From NCBI GenBank assembly GCA_028534125.1, contig CM052816.1, forward strand, positions 6,574,001 to 6,638,000: DNA of 64,000 bases. Direction: 5' to 3'. The stretch's first letter is position 1. Every line of letters starts with the position of its first letter. This stretch comes from Lama glama. Taxonomy: Eukaryota. This document shows positions 1 through 14,200 of the stretch, piece by piece. A model generated the notes under the pieces. It worked only from the letters and a program-made list of their open reading frames with translations, ran no database searches and was not told the origin of the DNA. Both the position numbers and the translations under genes were made by a program.

Positions 1-555
1 AGATGAGTCATGGAAAGACAGAGAAAACCTAACTTTTTCTACAGTTAACTTGATTCTCCAATAGGAATGCACTTTAAATCCTGTTGCACACAGGGGAAGT
101 CAGGAGGGAATTACCATTTATAAACTGACCCCTGTGTTAGAACTTCATTTAACTTATCTAATTTAACCTCAAAACACCCTAGGAAGTAGTTGTTATTGCC
201 TTCATTTTTCAGACCAGGAAACCAAAGTCCAAAGAGTGAAAGTCCTCCTCGTTTTTCTCTCCTTCCTCTACCACATGCATTAAATTAGTCATCTGCCATA
301 TATCCCTAATTATGACTCAAATGATCATAAATTATTATATTCTTCCTTCATCAAGATAATTTTAGATATGGCTTAAAACCCTCACTTGCCAGGGTGGTTG
401 AACCTAATCAGTCACATTTTGGAGTCCTTCCCTAGAGTCATATATTTGTTGAAGTGTTGGGCAGGGATAAGGGTAGACATACACGGTAGCAGAAAAAGAG
501 AGAAAAGATCTCAAGTGTTCCATTCATTATAGCTTCCGTTAAATTGTTCACTGAT

Positions 556-2905
556 CTATTCAACAGCACAGATAAATATTAAAGGCATTTTGTTAAGCAA
601 AAAAAAAACCAGATCCCAAAAGCTACATATTGCATAATTCCAATTCATATGACATTTTAGAAAAGGCAGGACTATAGGAATGGAAAATACATCCGTGGCT
701 GTCAGGGAGTGGTGGGGTACAGAGGGGAATTGGGATAGCGAGAGACTGGACAGGAATAGAGTGAGACAACATAGCGTATCTGTCTCAGGAAGACCTGATA
801 AATTCTTTTTACTTTGATTTACATAAGATATTAAATTACTGTATTCTTCAGAGGAAATTTTAGGGAATCGTTCTATGTTACTGCAGTGGTAGACATGTGA
901 TTCCATGCACTTGTCAAAATTCATAGAAATTTGCATCACAAAGAGTAAAACACTGATGTAGTAGGCAAGCTATAAAATAAAAAAATAATCAACTAGAATG
1001 TCAGAGGAATCCCAAGATAAAATGTGAGCTGTGAAAATATTAAGCTAACTATATTACAAATAAACGACATAACTGTACTCTAGGGGGTAGGGAGAAATAG
1101 AGATGACCTAAATAACTTTGGAAAATTGTGCTTAGACTGGAAAATGTAAGGGCAAAGAAAAAAGGAATTGTACATAACCAGTATATTCTAAGTTGTTAAA
1201 GCTGTTTATCATGGAGATACATGAAACTGCTTTGTATGTTTACTGAGGTTGAATACATTAGTAAATGGATGATGGATGGCAGGTACCAGAACTCTCATTG
1301 CGGGAGAGAAAAGTTAATGATGGACAAGAACTGAAGACTAGAATGACTTGTGATACATCAATATGGATTTGTGTTTAGTGTAATGTACATATACGGGTAG
1401 ACAGACACAGAAACAACTGTAGATCAGTGTGAATGATGGGTTAGTATATGTGCATATTCTACCAAGCTACCGAGCAATGTCACCCCAGCAGCAACCATCA
1501 TTGGTTTCTACTAGGGCCCAGACCTTGGTTCCAAATACCATCCTCCAATAAAATAAACCATGCCTACTTGGAGAAATGGCTGATTCCATGGCCGTGGTAG
1601 GGAAATTCAAAGTTAAACCTGGCACATTCGGTAGTATCAGGAAGTTATGAAGTGCTCAAAAGATAAAACAACGGTAATATCTCAAAGGGACACAAGAACT
1701 AAACTAATAGAACATTCAGTGACCAAAGCTGGAACAACTTATGCAACTAAATCAATAACAGTATTAGATCATAATATAAAATATAAATTAAACATACATG
1801 ATGTCTTAGCCATTAGGGCTGCTACAACAAAAGACCACAGACTGGGTCTCTTATAAACAACAGTAACTTATTTCTCACATTCATGGAGGCTGGAGGTCTA
1901 AGATCAAGTTGCCAGCATGGTCACATTCTTATGAGGGCCCTCTTTCTGATTCATAGCTAGCAGCTTCTTAATGTGTCCTCACATGATCAAAGGGGCTAAG
2001 AATCTCTCTAAGTCTTCTTTATAAGGCACTAATCTCATTCATGAGGGCTCTGCCCTCACGACCTAAGTACCTCATAAATACCCCACTTCCTAATACCATC
2101 ATCTTTGGGTGTTAGGATTCCAACATACAGATCTGGGGGGACATAAACATTTAGACCATAGCACATGAATTCATACTGATACAATTAATAAATGACCAAT
2201 TAAATAAATGCATGGGAGAGAAGACGCAAATCTTTACAGAAGAATCCCCAAAACATGTAGAAACACTTCCTCCAGAAGGAAAAGCTCCAACTATACCACC
2301 TTTTGAGTATGGGCTGAACTTAATGAATACAGGTGAAAGGGGAAAAATAGTCACTTTACAGTGGAGAAACCTGCCAGACACTTCTCAACCAAGTGGTCAA
2401 GGTGAGTGTCACTGATATCATGAACATCTGATATGATGTAGTAAGAAGTGAACTTCACCCCTGTGGTGTTCTTTCCAAAAACCTGGAACTCCAGTCTAAT
2501 CATGAGAGAGAGAGCATATCAACCCAATTTGAGGAATATTCTACTAAATACTTGACCAGTACTCCTCAAAACTGTCAAGGTCATGAAAAATGAAGATCTA
2601 GAGACTATCCAGACCAGAGAAAACAAAGGACAACTAAATGCAGTATCCTGGACTGGTTCCTGGAACAGGAAAAGGATATTAACAGAAAAACTGGTGAAAT
2701 CTAAATACATTTTAGAGTTGAGTTAATAGTAATATGCCACGGTTTGTTTCTTACGTTGGATAAGTACACCAAGATAATATAAAGTGATAACATTAGGGGA
2801 AATTTACTGGGTCATACAAACTCAAGTGAGGGATTATGGGAACTCTCTGTACCATCTTTGCAACTTTTCAGTGAATCTAAAATCATTCCCAAATGAAGAG
2901 TTCAT
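556..2905 (+). mobile_element. Old L1M (L1MC-like) 3'UTR, interrupted by an MLT1 LTR
   Basis: Typical L1M 3' motifs at both ends (...ATTCATATGACATTTTAGAAAAGGCA...; ...GGAACTCTCTGTACCATCTTTGCAACTTTTCAGTGAATCTAAAAT). Confidence 0.75.
1802..2163 (-). mobile_element. MaLR solo LTR (MLT1A-like), 362 bp
   Basis: TG...CA termini; perfect 5-bp TSD CATGA at 1797-1801 and 2164-2168; MLT1 motif CTTATTTCTCACA..GGAGGCTGGAGGTCTAAGATCAAG. Confidence 0.9.
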
Positions 2906-2980
2906 TTTTTTAATGTTATAATCTTACTTTCTCAACTTAATATTTACATTTACATTAAATTAGATTTAACTTGAATCTTT

Positions 2981-3242
2981 TTTTAAATTTTTTTATTGAG
3001 TTGTAGTCATTTTACAGTGTTGTGTCAAATTCCAGTGTAGAGCACAATTTTTCAGTTATACATGAACATACATATATTCATTGTCACCTTTTTTTTTTTG
3101 CTGTGAGCTACCACAAGATCTTGTATATATTTCCCTGAGCTATACAGTACAATCTTGTTTATCTATTCTGCATATGCCTGTCAGTATCTACAGATTTTGA
3201 AATCCCAGTCTGCCCCTTCCCACCCCCTGCCTCCTTGGCAAC
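2981..3242 (-). mobile_element. Young 5'-truncated L1 3'UTR insertion with 7-bp TSD
   Basis: T-rich tail, TTTATT (AATAAA on -), C-rich tract at 3213-3235 (G-rich on -); TSD AATCTTT at 2974-2980 and 3243-3249; reconstructed minus-strand target TTTT/AAAG fits L1 endonuclease preference. Confidence 0.88.
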
Positions 3243-3439
3243 AATCTTTAAAATAAATAATTTAACTTCAAACCCTCAAATGCCAGGGTGGAAACAAAGA
3301 AAAAACGGTCAGATCTGGAGTACCTCCTTGGCATCATGTATTTATTGAGGTGATGGGAGGGGACACACAAGTTGTCAGTAAAACACAGAAGAGAGATCTC
3401 ACATCTTCAGTCCATTAGTCCATTTTTTTTTTTAAAAAA

Positions 3440-3503
3440 TTGTGATACTGGCTTTATTGCAATGTCTGAACCCCAACTCACCATATCTCTGAGGTGTGCC
3501 TAT
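3440..3503 (+). mobile_element. Tigger1-like DNA transposon terminal fragment
   Basis: GCTTTATTGC...ATATCTCTGAGGTGTGCCTATA resembles the Tigger1 end and TA target; an old L1 ORF2 fragment follows (~3505-3630). Confidence 0.55.
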
Positions 3504-5005
3504 AAACAAGTGAAAAAATGCTCAAAATCATGAAACATTAGGGAAAGGCAACTAAAACCATAGTATGGCAGTTACACATTTATTGCAAGGGTCAAAATTT
3601 TAAAAGACTAACCATACCCACTATAGGCAAGAACAGACCATTAGTCTTCAGTCCATTGCCCACTGTCTCTGACCATCTGACCTATTTGAACATGATCCAG
3701 TGCTCAATGGAGGTGCATCTGGTAATGTTCATGAGACACCTCCCATCTCCACTCACTTTACACCCTCAACTGAGATCTCATCACCTCTCTAGGTGCTATG
3801 AGGAAAGAAACAGGGGGACAGTTTAGACACACACAGTTTCATAGCTCTATTGATTCATTCTAGGAAAAGCTAAACCTCTTTTCTTTGGGACAGGCCAGTT
3901 CCACTCTGTGTCTGGCAACGTTCATTTGTAGTTCTGAAATAAAAAAGTTTTTTATCAAATCCTTGACAAGAAGGCAGGCTCAAAGTCTTCTGTGCATGTG
4001 GGAAGAGGATGCCGCCACCCCGTCTTTCTCTCATATGCACACCCACATACACACGCCTCTCATTTTTAGTCTCCTGTAGCTGGAAGACCATAATAAAATG
4101 AGGTTTCAATAACATTGAGTTGGCCCTCCTTTTTTCAACTCAATATACTGCTTCACATCATTTTATCTGTCTCAATCCCATACTGTGATTTCCTTGAGAT
4201 TGAGAATTATTTGTTATTTTTCCTCATGAATTCAGAACCTAGTACCTGACACATAATATAAGTCATTACTTTAAAAACAACAACAACAACAACAAACCGT
4301 CAAATGTATAAATGTAACCGTAAGAGGCCCAAGACTTCTGTCTCTCCAATTTGGCTTTATCAACAAATGTGCATGTTAGAAATATTTGGCAAATTCTGGG
4401 CTCACTGATCATCACTCAACTGAAAGCCAGCTGAATTTCTGCAGGTAGTAAGGTACCAAAGTGCTGGGGACCCACTTCTGACTTCCTGACCAGAAATACT
4501 TTTAGAATGCCAGGGATGCTGACTAGATCAGGATCCCAGGGGCATTTTGTGGGTTTTTTTTTTTTTGTATAAATGGCCATCATCCTCATGCCCAGCACCA
4601 TGCCCAGCACTGTGAAAATATTCTTCCCAAGAAATATGGTTATTGCATAAGATTCACTCTGCTAACTCATGCCAAGAGTTCTCTCTGGAAACCTCACGGA
4701 GCCAACTTAGAGTTGCCTGCAGGAAGTTATGCAGTTATGTTGCATATGATAGAAACAATCAGTGCTGTGGCTGAGGTTTTCATCATGGTGGCGGAATACA
4801 AGCAAAAAGAAAAAAAAAATCTCTCTGCAGCCAGCAGCTAAGATTTTCAAATTGAACGCGAAGTTTAATATAATTTAGTATATTTGCTCAGTGTGCCATT
4901 TTACCCCTGGGTTAACATGGGAAAATGAAGAAAGAGCTAATTGCACTATTATCACTTTAACATAATGTGCCCGTGCCCCAGAGCAGCTGCTGTTCTTATT
5001 AGATG

Positions 5006-5024
5006 GTGTCACCAGGGGGCAATA
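5006..5024 (+). promoter_or_regulatory. Candidate CTCF core motif
   Basis: GTGTCACCAGGGGGCAATA versus consensus TGGCCACCAGGGGGCGCTA, in apparently non-repeat sequence. Confidence 0.4.
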
Positions 5025-5254
5025 CTATTTCCTCTTTCCTTAGGTTCAACTTCTTTTGTTCAGTAACTGTGTTTACAGGACACCCTTGTCTGGTTTGCCA
5101 CACTGTCTGATGGCATTGCCGTACCCTCCCTATACCTTTCCTTCTCCCACACCCTCAATATTCAGTTTGTATCTCATATGACTACTGCGCTTTTGAAGGT
5201 GATATATCTCTGGAAATCATTAATGAGATGGGGAAAACAAAATACTTCAACAGA

Positions 5255-5450
5255 TCCTGAGCCTCCTCCCCATCTCTTACTAATTGCAGGTCCCTGGGCA
5301 AGTTATATCATTTCCCTGAACCTCAGTTTCCTCATCTGTAAAATGGGGATAAGAACAGAAGCTACTTCTGACGGTGTGAGGAACAAATGAAATAAGTGAA
5401 TAACTTAGTGACTAGAGTCTAGTATATGGTGAATGCACAACTGCTATGTT
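5255..5450 (+). mobile_element. MIR SINE
   Basis: Core CTGGGCAAGTTA...CTGAACCTCAGTTTCCTCATCTGTAAAATGGGGATAA. Confidence 0.85.
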
Positions 5451-5747
5451 TATGATTATTAAAAGCTATGATTATTAATTTAAATTATTCATTGAAAATA
5501 CATTTTATACATCACCCAAATATGATCACAAGCAATGGCAAAGGATAATAAAGGGTAATGACAAAATATACAAAAGAGATGTCTTAGCAGCATTCTCTAA
5601 GTAAAGCAATAAAATGAAAAATAGCAAAGAATAGCAGGGACCTTTGCATTTCTCCTCTGGCTTCCTGAAATTCTCTTCTTCCAGATCTCAGCTCATCTTC
5701 TCCTCCAAAACGCGTTGCCTAACACACACTGAAATTACCAGTTCCTT

Positions 5748-6168
5748 CCCTGAGTTAGGTGGCATCCTCCAAGAAGCAGGCATCAAGAAATATTAGATAT
5801 GGGGATGTTCTGGGAGACATGCCTGTGAGGGAGCTGGGGAGCCATCACACTGATTTAAGTCTGACCCCTCCAAAGAGAGAGGAAAGGAAGGAGGGTTAGG
5901 TAGGAAGCATCTTAGACTACACTACAGCTCTAAGAGAGTTTTGGCAAGTCTGGTGTTAAGTCCTTAAGCCACAGTCACCATTGGAAGAGTCCTTCATCCC
6001 ATAGCAATGGGCCAGTATTAGTAATCCTACCATGCTGAGCCACTGGTGGGGAACAGCCCCTGGGAAGTGCAACCCCAGTATGAACATGACAGTGGATTCT
6101 CTACTCAGCAGATGAGGCCATCAGCCAATGATGTTCCTCATGGTAGGAGATTTTCATGGCCCCCACAG
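5748..6168 (-). mobile_element. ERVL-class solo LTR (LTR16-like) within an L2 3' region
   Basis: Resembles LTR16-family sequence by eye; L2-like sequence on both sides (~5640-5745, ~6170-6390). Confidence 0.5.
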
Positions 6169-9100
6169 CCCCCTCACTGGAGCCATGCTCCATCACATCC
6201 ATTTGTTTGTTTCTTCATAGCACTTATCAATATTTGATAGCATCCTATTACTTAATTTATGTATTACACCTCCTCTTTCTCATCACCACTGAAATATAGA
6301 AGTTTTAGCTGTCTTGTTCATCACTGCATCCAAGTACCCAGAACAATTTCTGGCACATAGTAGGTGCTCCAAAAAATGTTAAATGAATCTCTAGGTCTTT
6401 GGCAAGGAGAAAAGCAGAGAAAGGCTATTCTGTTTTTTCTTTTTTTCTCTCTTTACAGGAACATTCTAACAGATGGGACTCTGATGTAAAAACCAGTCAA
6501 CTTCACATAGATTAAAAAAAGAAACCTGCTAAACAGTTTTTATCTTCCCTTGATTCATACTTAACTAGATTATCCATTCAAAAGTTATAATAATATAGTT
6601 ACACAGTATTTTAAATTCTTAGTTTACAAAGCACATCCACATGCATTATCTTGCTGAATTATCTCAACAATCTGACATGGTACGTATTATTATCTTCATA
6701 TTCTAAAGGAGGAAAGTGTACATAAAGACAGCAAAAAGAAAAACAAAAAAGGAAGCAAGTGGACAGATTAGGATGCCTACACTAACTTGCTCAATAGAAG
6801 GGAAGAGATAGAACATTTAGTCCATGTGGAATTGTTTGATTATTCCACCAGAGGTCCAGCCTGAGTCAATGCAGCAAGTCTTTGTAAGATCAGAAGATGA
6901 ATTGTAAAACAAAATGCATTATCTTACCCATTTCTACTTGAAGTATTTTGCTTTCCTGGCTCCAGTTTTTTAACATGAAAACTGATTATACAATTGTACT
7001 TCTCTGATTTTCCACATTTCAGTGCTAAGAGATTCCTGCCCTGATCTCTAAGGGGTAATGTTGGCTAACTTGTGAACTCTAGACATCAGCATCTCCTGAT
7101 GAGGCTCAGGAAAGCCTCATTCGTCTCTCTTTGTGAAGTGATTTCTCTCTTTTGCAGATTATGGACTTCTTTTTAGGATTCAGGGAAAATAAAGCCATCT
7201 GGACAGCAATGTGATCTTTCTGCTTGTTCACTTTTCTCTATATATAAAAAAAAAACTCAGAAATAAAATCAATAGTAAACTTCCATATAAGATTGCCTAT
7301 AATGTTAACATATATTTACATGATACATATAGTATTTATTCCTTATAGCCTAGCTAGCGGTTTATCTATTGGTTGATCCAATTATTGTCTATTGATGACT
7401 CACTATGTGAATATTCCTGTGTAAGATGCCATGGGACATCTTACCTGTGTGGGAAAGGTGAGCTGTGATCTCCTCTAAGAGCTTCACAGAAAGGCCGGGA
7501 CATGAACTGGCCCATGAAAGAGAAATCAGGAAACAAGTTCCCAACATAAGAAAGAGGGGTCAAGAAATTCTAGGATAAGAAAAGAAACAGATCCAAAGCA
7601 CATGTAATGCTATCATAGTATACATGTTTCTCACGGATGCCAATTTTAATTGGGTTCATCTTTTCCACTGGTTTTGCCTGAGGACTTTCCAAATGCTCCA
7701 AAGACACAGATGACAGACAGAATAGTACAACCTCTGGATCCAATTGTATGTGTGTGTGTATCCTCTCAAAAGGGTGGACCTGTCAGGTGGAGGTCAGCCT
7801 GCCTGCGGAGCACATGTTGCTGTGCCCCACCCCCAGCTGCATGCAGGCATGGCTAACAGATCTCAGCCCTTACAGTTAGCCCCTGTAGATTTCCTCACAT
7901 TCAACAGCCACTGCAGTCTACTGGAATCAGCTCTATAGATGCAACCAATCTGCCACTCTAGACCTTACTCTGCTTAGGATGAGAAGGCGGTTAAGTGAAT
8001 CTTTTTACACTGATTCAGTCTCAGCTTACCATCCCAATAACATTTCACAATAAAAGTAAAAGTTCCTTAGAAGTTCCATGTATTTGTGATCTGCTTGTGC
8101 ACAGTCATCAAAATAATGTGATGAAGACAGCTTAGATGTGTGCAACTTCATTTGACTTTCAGGAGAGCCACAAGATGTTGATGGCGTAAATGACACATGA
8201 GAATACAGAGACAGGAAATTAATGAGTGAAAATCATGTATCTGAGGTTACACAGTAATTTTCTGCAAACCTAGGCCTCCTCACTCCTACTCAGTCCCTTC
8301 ATTAGAAATCAAACAGCAAGCTTCTGAATACATGAGCTCCATGATTTGGGATACTACAGACTTCCTAAATATTTAATCCTGAAATCAAGTTAGGAGATAC
8401 ATAACACATTAAAAACATCCAACTTGCTGATTCCTGCGTGCAATTAGTTTTAGTTGTGTTCTAGGAAATACCAGTTCAGAATCAACTGATTTAGTTCAAC
8501 ATCCTCTCATTTCATTGAGAAAGTCAAAGTCCAAGAGGCTATGATTTCATTAGGAAGAAACATACAGAAAAGCAGAATCAGATCTAAAAACCAAGCTCCT
8601 CATAACTACTCTTCTTTTTCACTCCACCTGAAAGGAAGTGTCTTTAAAAGCAGCATGAGGGAGGTCTATTAAGACACATTGAACAAAGAGTTAATAAAAG
8701 AGCCCTTGGATAAAGCAACCGGAAAATCGAAGTCGCCATCCAACTAAGGCTTTATAACAAATACATTTGAATTTGTTTATAAGCATGGCACAGTGTGAGT
8801 TTCCAGACTCTTCTTCAGAAACTGCAGTATCATTCTGCATCCTGTTTTCACAGGTACGCAGTCTAAATTGAAAATAAATTCCAAAGAAGCTCTAAGGGGA
8901 AGACTGCCAGTAATTTCAGTCTAGATGAGCTGAAAAAAATCACCTCTGAGCTAGCCCATAAATCCCAGCTATTTTATAGCTTTCCCTGTTCTACTCTTGT
9001 GCTTGCTCAAAAAAAAAAATCTCATTTCTTTAGTGAAAATACATTTTTTTCAAAGTTCAGAATGCAAAAGTAGATCTTAGAGCGAGAGGTACGCTCAGGA

Positions 9101-9921
9101 CAACACTGTCCAAGGGCCGTGAAAGCCCGTATGGCTATCTCTTGAGCTTTTAGACAGCCTGCCTGGGAGTGCCTTGGGTTTTCATGCAGCACAGAACTCG
9201 GGCAAATCTCAAGGTCACTACTTCCCCAAAGAAAAAGGCAGTGCTGGACCAGGAGACGGTGGCCTCCACTCAGCTACTCTGCTCACCGCCATCACATGAG
9301 GCATAGCCCACCTCAGCCCAGCCAACAGCCTCTTGCTGGGGGCAAGGAAATGATTTAGCCTGGGTTCTCCTCCCGGACAATGAGATACAAAGAGATACAA
9401 GAAAGGCCACCCAACTAGACAATAATTGACAGATTAATAGAAACCTAATCAAAACATGATAAAGGTATAGATTTCATCTTTACTTTCTGTGTGTGAGCAC
9501 ATAATATGTTTTAAACAACGTATAACAGGTCTTGCATTTATATGAAACACTGGGCTCAACTTCATTTTCCTTTTTCCAGCTGCAGAGAATATCCTTTGTT
9601 CAGCAAGGTGTCTCAGTCTTCCTGCCTGAATCCCCATCCGGTTATTACACACACTCAACAACAGGACAGAATTTTCTTAAAAGGCTGGTGAGTCAAGCCT
9701 TAAGCAGACCACAGAATTTCCGGTCACACTGCTATTCGCCTTCATCCATGTGTCCTTAGACTATTTAGATGCTGCCAAGGACCCCCTGTAGAGGTAGTTT
9801 TCTAGAGAGATTTTCGAGCAAAGAGAGGTAAAGACCAGGACCATCTGGGTGAAAAATAAGTGTTCTTAAAATTGCATTTATACAATGCCTTGCAATGTAC
9901 AAAGCACTCTCCCAAATCATT

Positions 9922-10090
9922 CAGTGGTTCTTAAACCTAAAAGCACATAAGAATCACTTGGATAAAATGCCAACTCTGAGAGATTCTGAATCAATAGGTC
10001 TGGAGCGGGGACCAGGAATTTGCATTTCTAGCAAACACCTGCAGGAGAAGCTGATGCAAGTGGTCCACAGACCAAGATTAGACCAACTCT
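9922..10090. mobile_element. MER5A-like hAT-Charlie MITE
   Basis: CAGTGGTTCTTAAAC...GAATCAC...AGATTCTGA...GGTCTGGAG...GGAATTTGCATTTCTAGCAA. Related copies at ~20184-20364, ~33505-33670 and ~48556-48670. Confidence 0.8.
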
Positions 10091-11145
10091 AACTTGTTAT
10101 ATATAAGTCTGACAAAGGCTATGTCAGCTAATCATCACTTTTTAGATAACCTTAGAGATGTTGGAGATAAAGAAACCAATTCTCAAGGAGACTTAGATAT
10201 ATGCTCAAGATCTTACATGTAATGGGACAACCAGAACACAAATCCAAATGTCTGATCCCAAATCTAAAGACATTTATATTAAAAGGGCTGAGTTTATTTT
10301 ACACAAATCAAAACGTAAGCATGAAAGAAACACTGCTATACTAAAGAAAGGAACTGTGTGTGTGTGTGAATGAGCCAGAAAGGAGAAAGAGGGAAAATAT
10401 TTGTGACAAAGAAGGACAAAAAGGAAGCTTTTCCTTATCACCAACATGTTCAATGGTCCCTCCCCAGACTTTGCCCAAGGGGTCAGGCAGTCTCTGTCCC
10501 TGGTCCCTGACTGAGACCTTGTCAGTCTAGAAATACTAGACCTGCTCACTACTCTTAGAATATAAACCGATCCTATATGATGAGCAAGTGAGAATACTTA
10601 TTTTATTTTTAACTCTATACCTTCCCTTTCAATTGTTTTCCTCTCAAATCCCTGACTTCTTTCCTGTTTCATACATGATTCCAACCATAAACAAGAGGGG
10701 AAAGTATTTATTAAATAATTCCTTGCTATATTCATAGACTGCCATTGGACTCAGAAAGCTGATACTAAATCTAATCTCTATCATTAATTTGAATGTGTGA
10801 CCTTGGCCAACTTGCTTACCCTGCTTAGGCCTTGCAAAATAAAGTGTTCAGACTAGATACCCTCTAAGAGCCCTTTCAACTCTGAAATTCTGAGCTTAAG
10901 ACTCTTTATAGTGAGCACTGAATATAAATAAGGCTTTAGTCTGGGCACGGAGAATAATAATCAGACATGGACCCTCAGCTGGAGAGCACCAGTTAGCCAG
11001 GCAGGATGCGATTGGTATGGGACTCAATGGATTACAGGGAGAAATTTTAAGAAGACAGAGGATTCATGGAAGAAAGAAAAGGTGAAGCTAGGAGACAGGG
11101 TATTTCTGTTGTCTCCTGCCTACTACAATAATAGCATTTAGTCTT

Positions 11146-11221
11146 TTTTTTTCTTTTTTAATTGAAGTGTAGTCAGTTACAATGTATCAATTTCTGGTGT
11201 GCAGCACAATGTCCCAGTCAC
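11146..11221 (-). mobile_element. Short L1 3'-end insertion, same subfamily as 19237, inside an L2
   Basis: Close match to 19237-19295; degenerate 18-bp TSD ATAATAGCATTTAGTCTT (11128-11145) / ATAATAGGATCTACTCTT (11222-11239). Confidence 0.82.
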
Positions 11222-14200
11222 ATAATAGGATCTACTCTTGACCCTTCCAATCCATCTGCCACATTGCAGCCTGAGTGATCTTCTCAAAATGCAAATCTAA
11301 CCACAATCCCCATGTATAAAACCTTTAAAGTGCCCCCTTGAACCGACAATCTAAATTCTTTAATGTGACCTGAAAGACAGGGTCCATGCTTGCTTTGTTC
11401 TCTTTTGTATCTACCCTCAGTGCCTAACACAGGACAGATAAATATTTGTTGAATAAATAAATGACTGAGTGAATGAATGAGGGAAAATCTGACTCGGCAC
11501 CTGGGCTAGTCCTTAAAAGAAAGGAAAAGAGGCTGGAACAGAGTCTGGGAAGGGAGAGAGGCACAGTTACATGGATGACACAGAGAATCAAGAAAGGGAT
11601 TCATCCCCTGAACAAGACAGAGAACCAGCAGACCAGTCTGAATGCACAGAAAATCCTCCTTACTTCACTCTGGAGAAACAACTGAGATGCAGAGTGGGAG
11701 CGTGTAAACATAGGGTAGGTTTTCTCTCCTTTAAAGAGAAGTAAAATTCTCAGAGCTCTTTGTATGATTGGCACCAAGAGGGCACTGACAAGTTACAGTC
11801 ATGGACTCTGACGGACACTTCTGCTGCTTTCAGAGCCAAGGGACTTGTGTGGAAGACCCAGGAACCAACTCTATTATCTTGCAGACAGTTTTTTACATCA
11901 GAAGCTCACTTCCTCTCATTAGACTCCATGCCTTACTCCTTTCTTTACCTATTTACTCCTTTTATTTTGTCAATCTGACCATGTAGAGCTGGTACAAGCC
12001 TGGACTTGGGGCTCATCTGAGCCAGTGAATGGATAATCAGTGCTTCATGTTCACAGTGCTTCTCTTACCTGATGAGATCTCCTCGGAAAAGTGGGGCAAA
12101 CCAATTCAGAGTCATCAAAAACTTCTATTAGCTAGATGGAAACCCCTTGTATTGAACACAGTGCTCAGCCTTATCCAAAGTGCATGCATTATCCAAAGGC
12201 AGCTATAGCCACCTTGCTGAGAGCACGAGCTGCAGATCCAGGCACTGAGGCTTCTCTCCTGATTCTGTGCTCACCAGCGAGGTGACATCAGGCATGTTGA
12301 TTAACCTCTACGCATCTCCTTTACTCTTTTTAAAATAGGGATAGTACTAGCATCTACCTCATAGGTGGGATGAAGTGAGTTAGTAGACACAAAGTCCTTC
12401 AACAGTTCTTGGCTCATAAAAAGCATCACATAACTGTCAGATGGTGCTGGTGGGAGTGACAGGGGTGATGTCGCTGCTGCTACTATGACTGCTTCTACTA
12501 CTTCCCAGTTACTCCTCTTTTAAAAAATGAGAAATGAGCTGGTACTCCTCAGGAAACTGAGAATTGGAGAGTTTAACTGACTAGTCCAAGATCACACAAC
12601 TAGGAAGGGGTAGGGTGTTGTAGAACTGAAATCAACTCTGACCCCGAAGTGCACACTTATACCACGACCAAAGTTTTCATTATCCCAATTGCTGAGGCAA
12701 GTGGAAACAGAACTGCAAAAGGAGACAGGGGCTGAAAAAAATGAATGAAGGAACAAATGAACCAACTACTGTGCAAGTGTCAGCTGAACTGCCTAACCTC
12801 AGTTTCTGTGATCTGCAAAATGAGGACAAGTGTGGTTCACAAAGCAAAGCAAGGCAGTGAGCACACATCTGAACCAGCACTCCGAACCAAGTCACACTTA
12901 GAAAAATGTATCACACAGCAAACTTCTTTTATTATCAATTGCTGTAAGTGATAAAAGTTGAGGGGAAAAGGATGAAAAGCTCCACTAGACTCTAAATTCC
13001 ATCAGGTGAAAGAACGAATCTCTCCTGCTCTAAAGAAGAGTAGTCGGTACCCGGGAGGTTATCCGTACACGCTTTGAACAGAATGAATAAGCACAGTGCC
13101 TAGGATACGCATGTGAACAAGACCGACAAATTCGTGCCCTCAACAGAGCTTTTATTTCATGAGAAACGTGAACATTCAGCATATCGTTATGCAATTGCTG
13201 GCATGGGTATTGTGGATGCATAACACAAGGGGAACTGACCTTGTCTAAGGTGTGAGGCAAAGTCTTTCAGGAAAGTCATGTGTGACGTAAAACCTGAAGA
13301 ATGAGTGGGAGGAAACAGGTTAATGGATGGCAGCAAGTCTGGGAAGCTGAGTATGTTCGCTGTGATGGTTGCTTCCTAAAAGATATGCAACCATCGTTTA
13401 TGATTATACAAGAAAAACTTGCACATTGGTTCTTTGTGGATCAACAGAAAAGAATAGAACAAAGGAAAGTCAAACTTGAGATAAGGAAGGAGCTTTGAAA
13501 CACAGAGCCAAGCTGAGGGATGTAGTGATTTCACGCTCAAGGAGGCAGTGCAGCAGAGACCCGGGAAAGAAAATGAACAGCTCGAGGTGTTACGGAGTGG
13601 CTGCCTTCCAAAGAGGAGGGTTGAAGGCTGTACTCTTCGAATTCTTTACCAGCCTTGAGCCTCTGTAATTCTAACTGGAATCAGAGTAGCTTTGTCCCCC
13701 AGCAGCAATCCCAGCATGAGTGCAAAATCAAACAAGGAAAGGCAAATTAATTTCCATAACCAGCCCTCCTTGGTCCAGCAAAGTTGGTTTTTAAGGCTTC
13801 CCTCCCTCCCTCCGTCCTTCCCTCTCTCTCTCTGTCTCATTAGCCACTCCTCTCCCCCCACACAACTGTGCTCTTCATGCTGTTTTGGTCTCTTCTCTCG
13901 TGGAGGAAATGACAGGAGAAACAAATGAATCCATGCTTATGTAATAGTGACTCTATTCTAATTCTTCCAGGCACATCTATTGGTGACAGAATGGCAAAAT
14001 GGTTAAGAGTGTAATTCTAGAATCAGAGAGATGTGAATCGAAACACAGCCCCCACCAGTTGTACGTTGTGTGATCTTGGTCATCTCTCTCTGAACCTCAT
14101 GTTCCTAGATGTTATGTGGGAATAATTATTGTACATATTGTGTGTCTGCGTGGCTTACATGGCTGTTATGAAGAATAAGTGAGACAATGGACACACAGTG

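Noticed and set aside
7096..7120. CTGATGA...GAAA resembling a hammerhead ribozyme core, with hairpin ATGAGGCT-CAGGAA-AGCCTCAT
   Set aside because: Only 7 nt (GGCTCAG) lie between CUGAUGA and GAAA and they cannot form stem II; the 8-bp hairpin sequesters the core; I could not build stems I and III.
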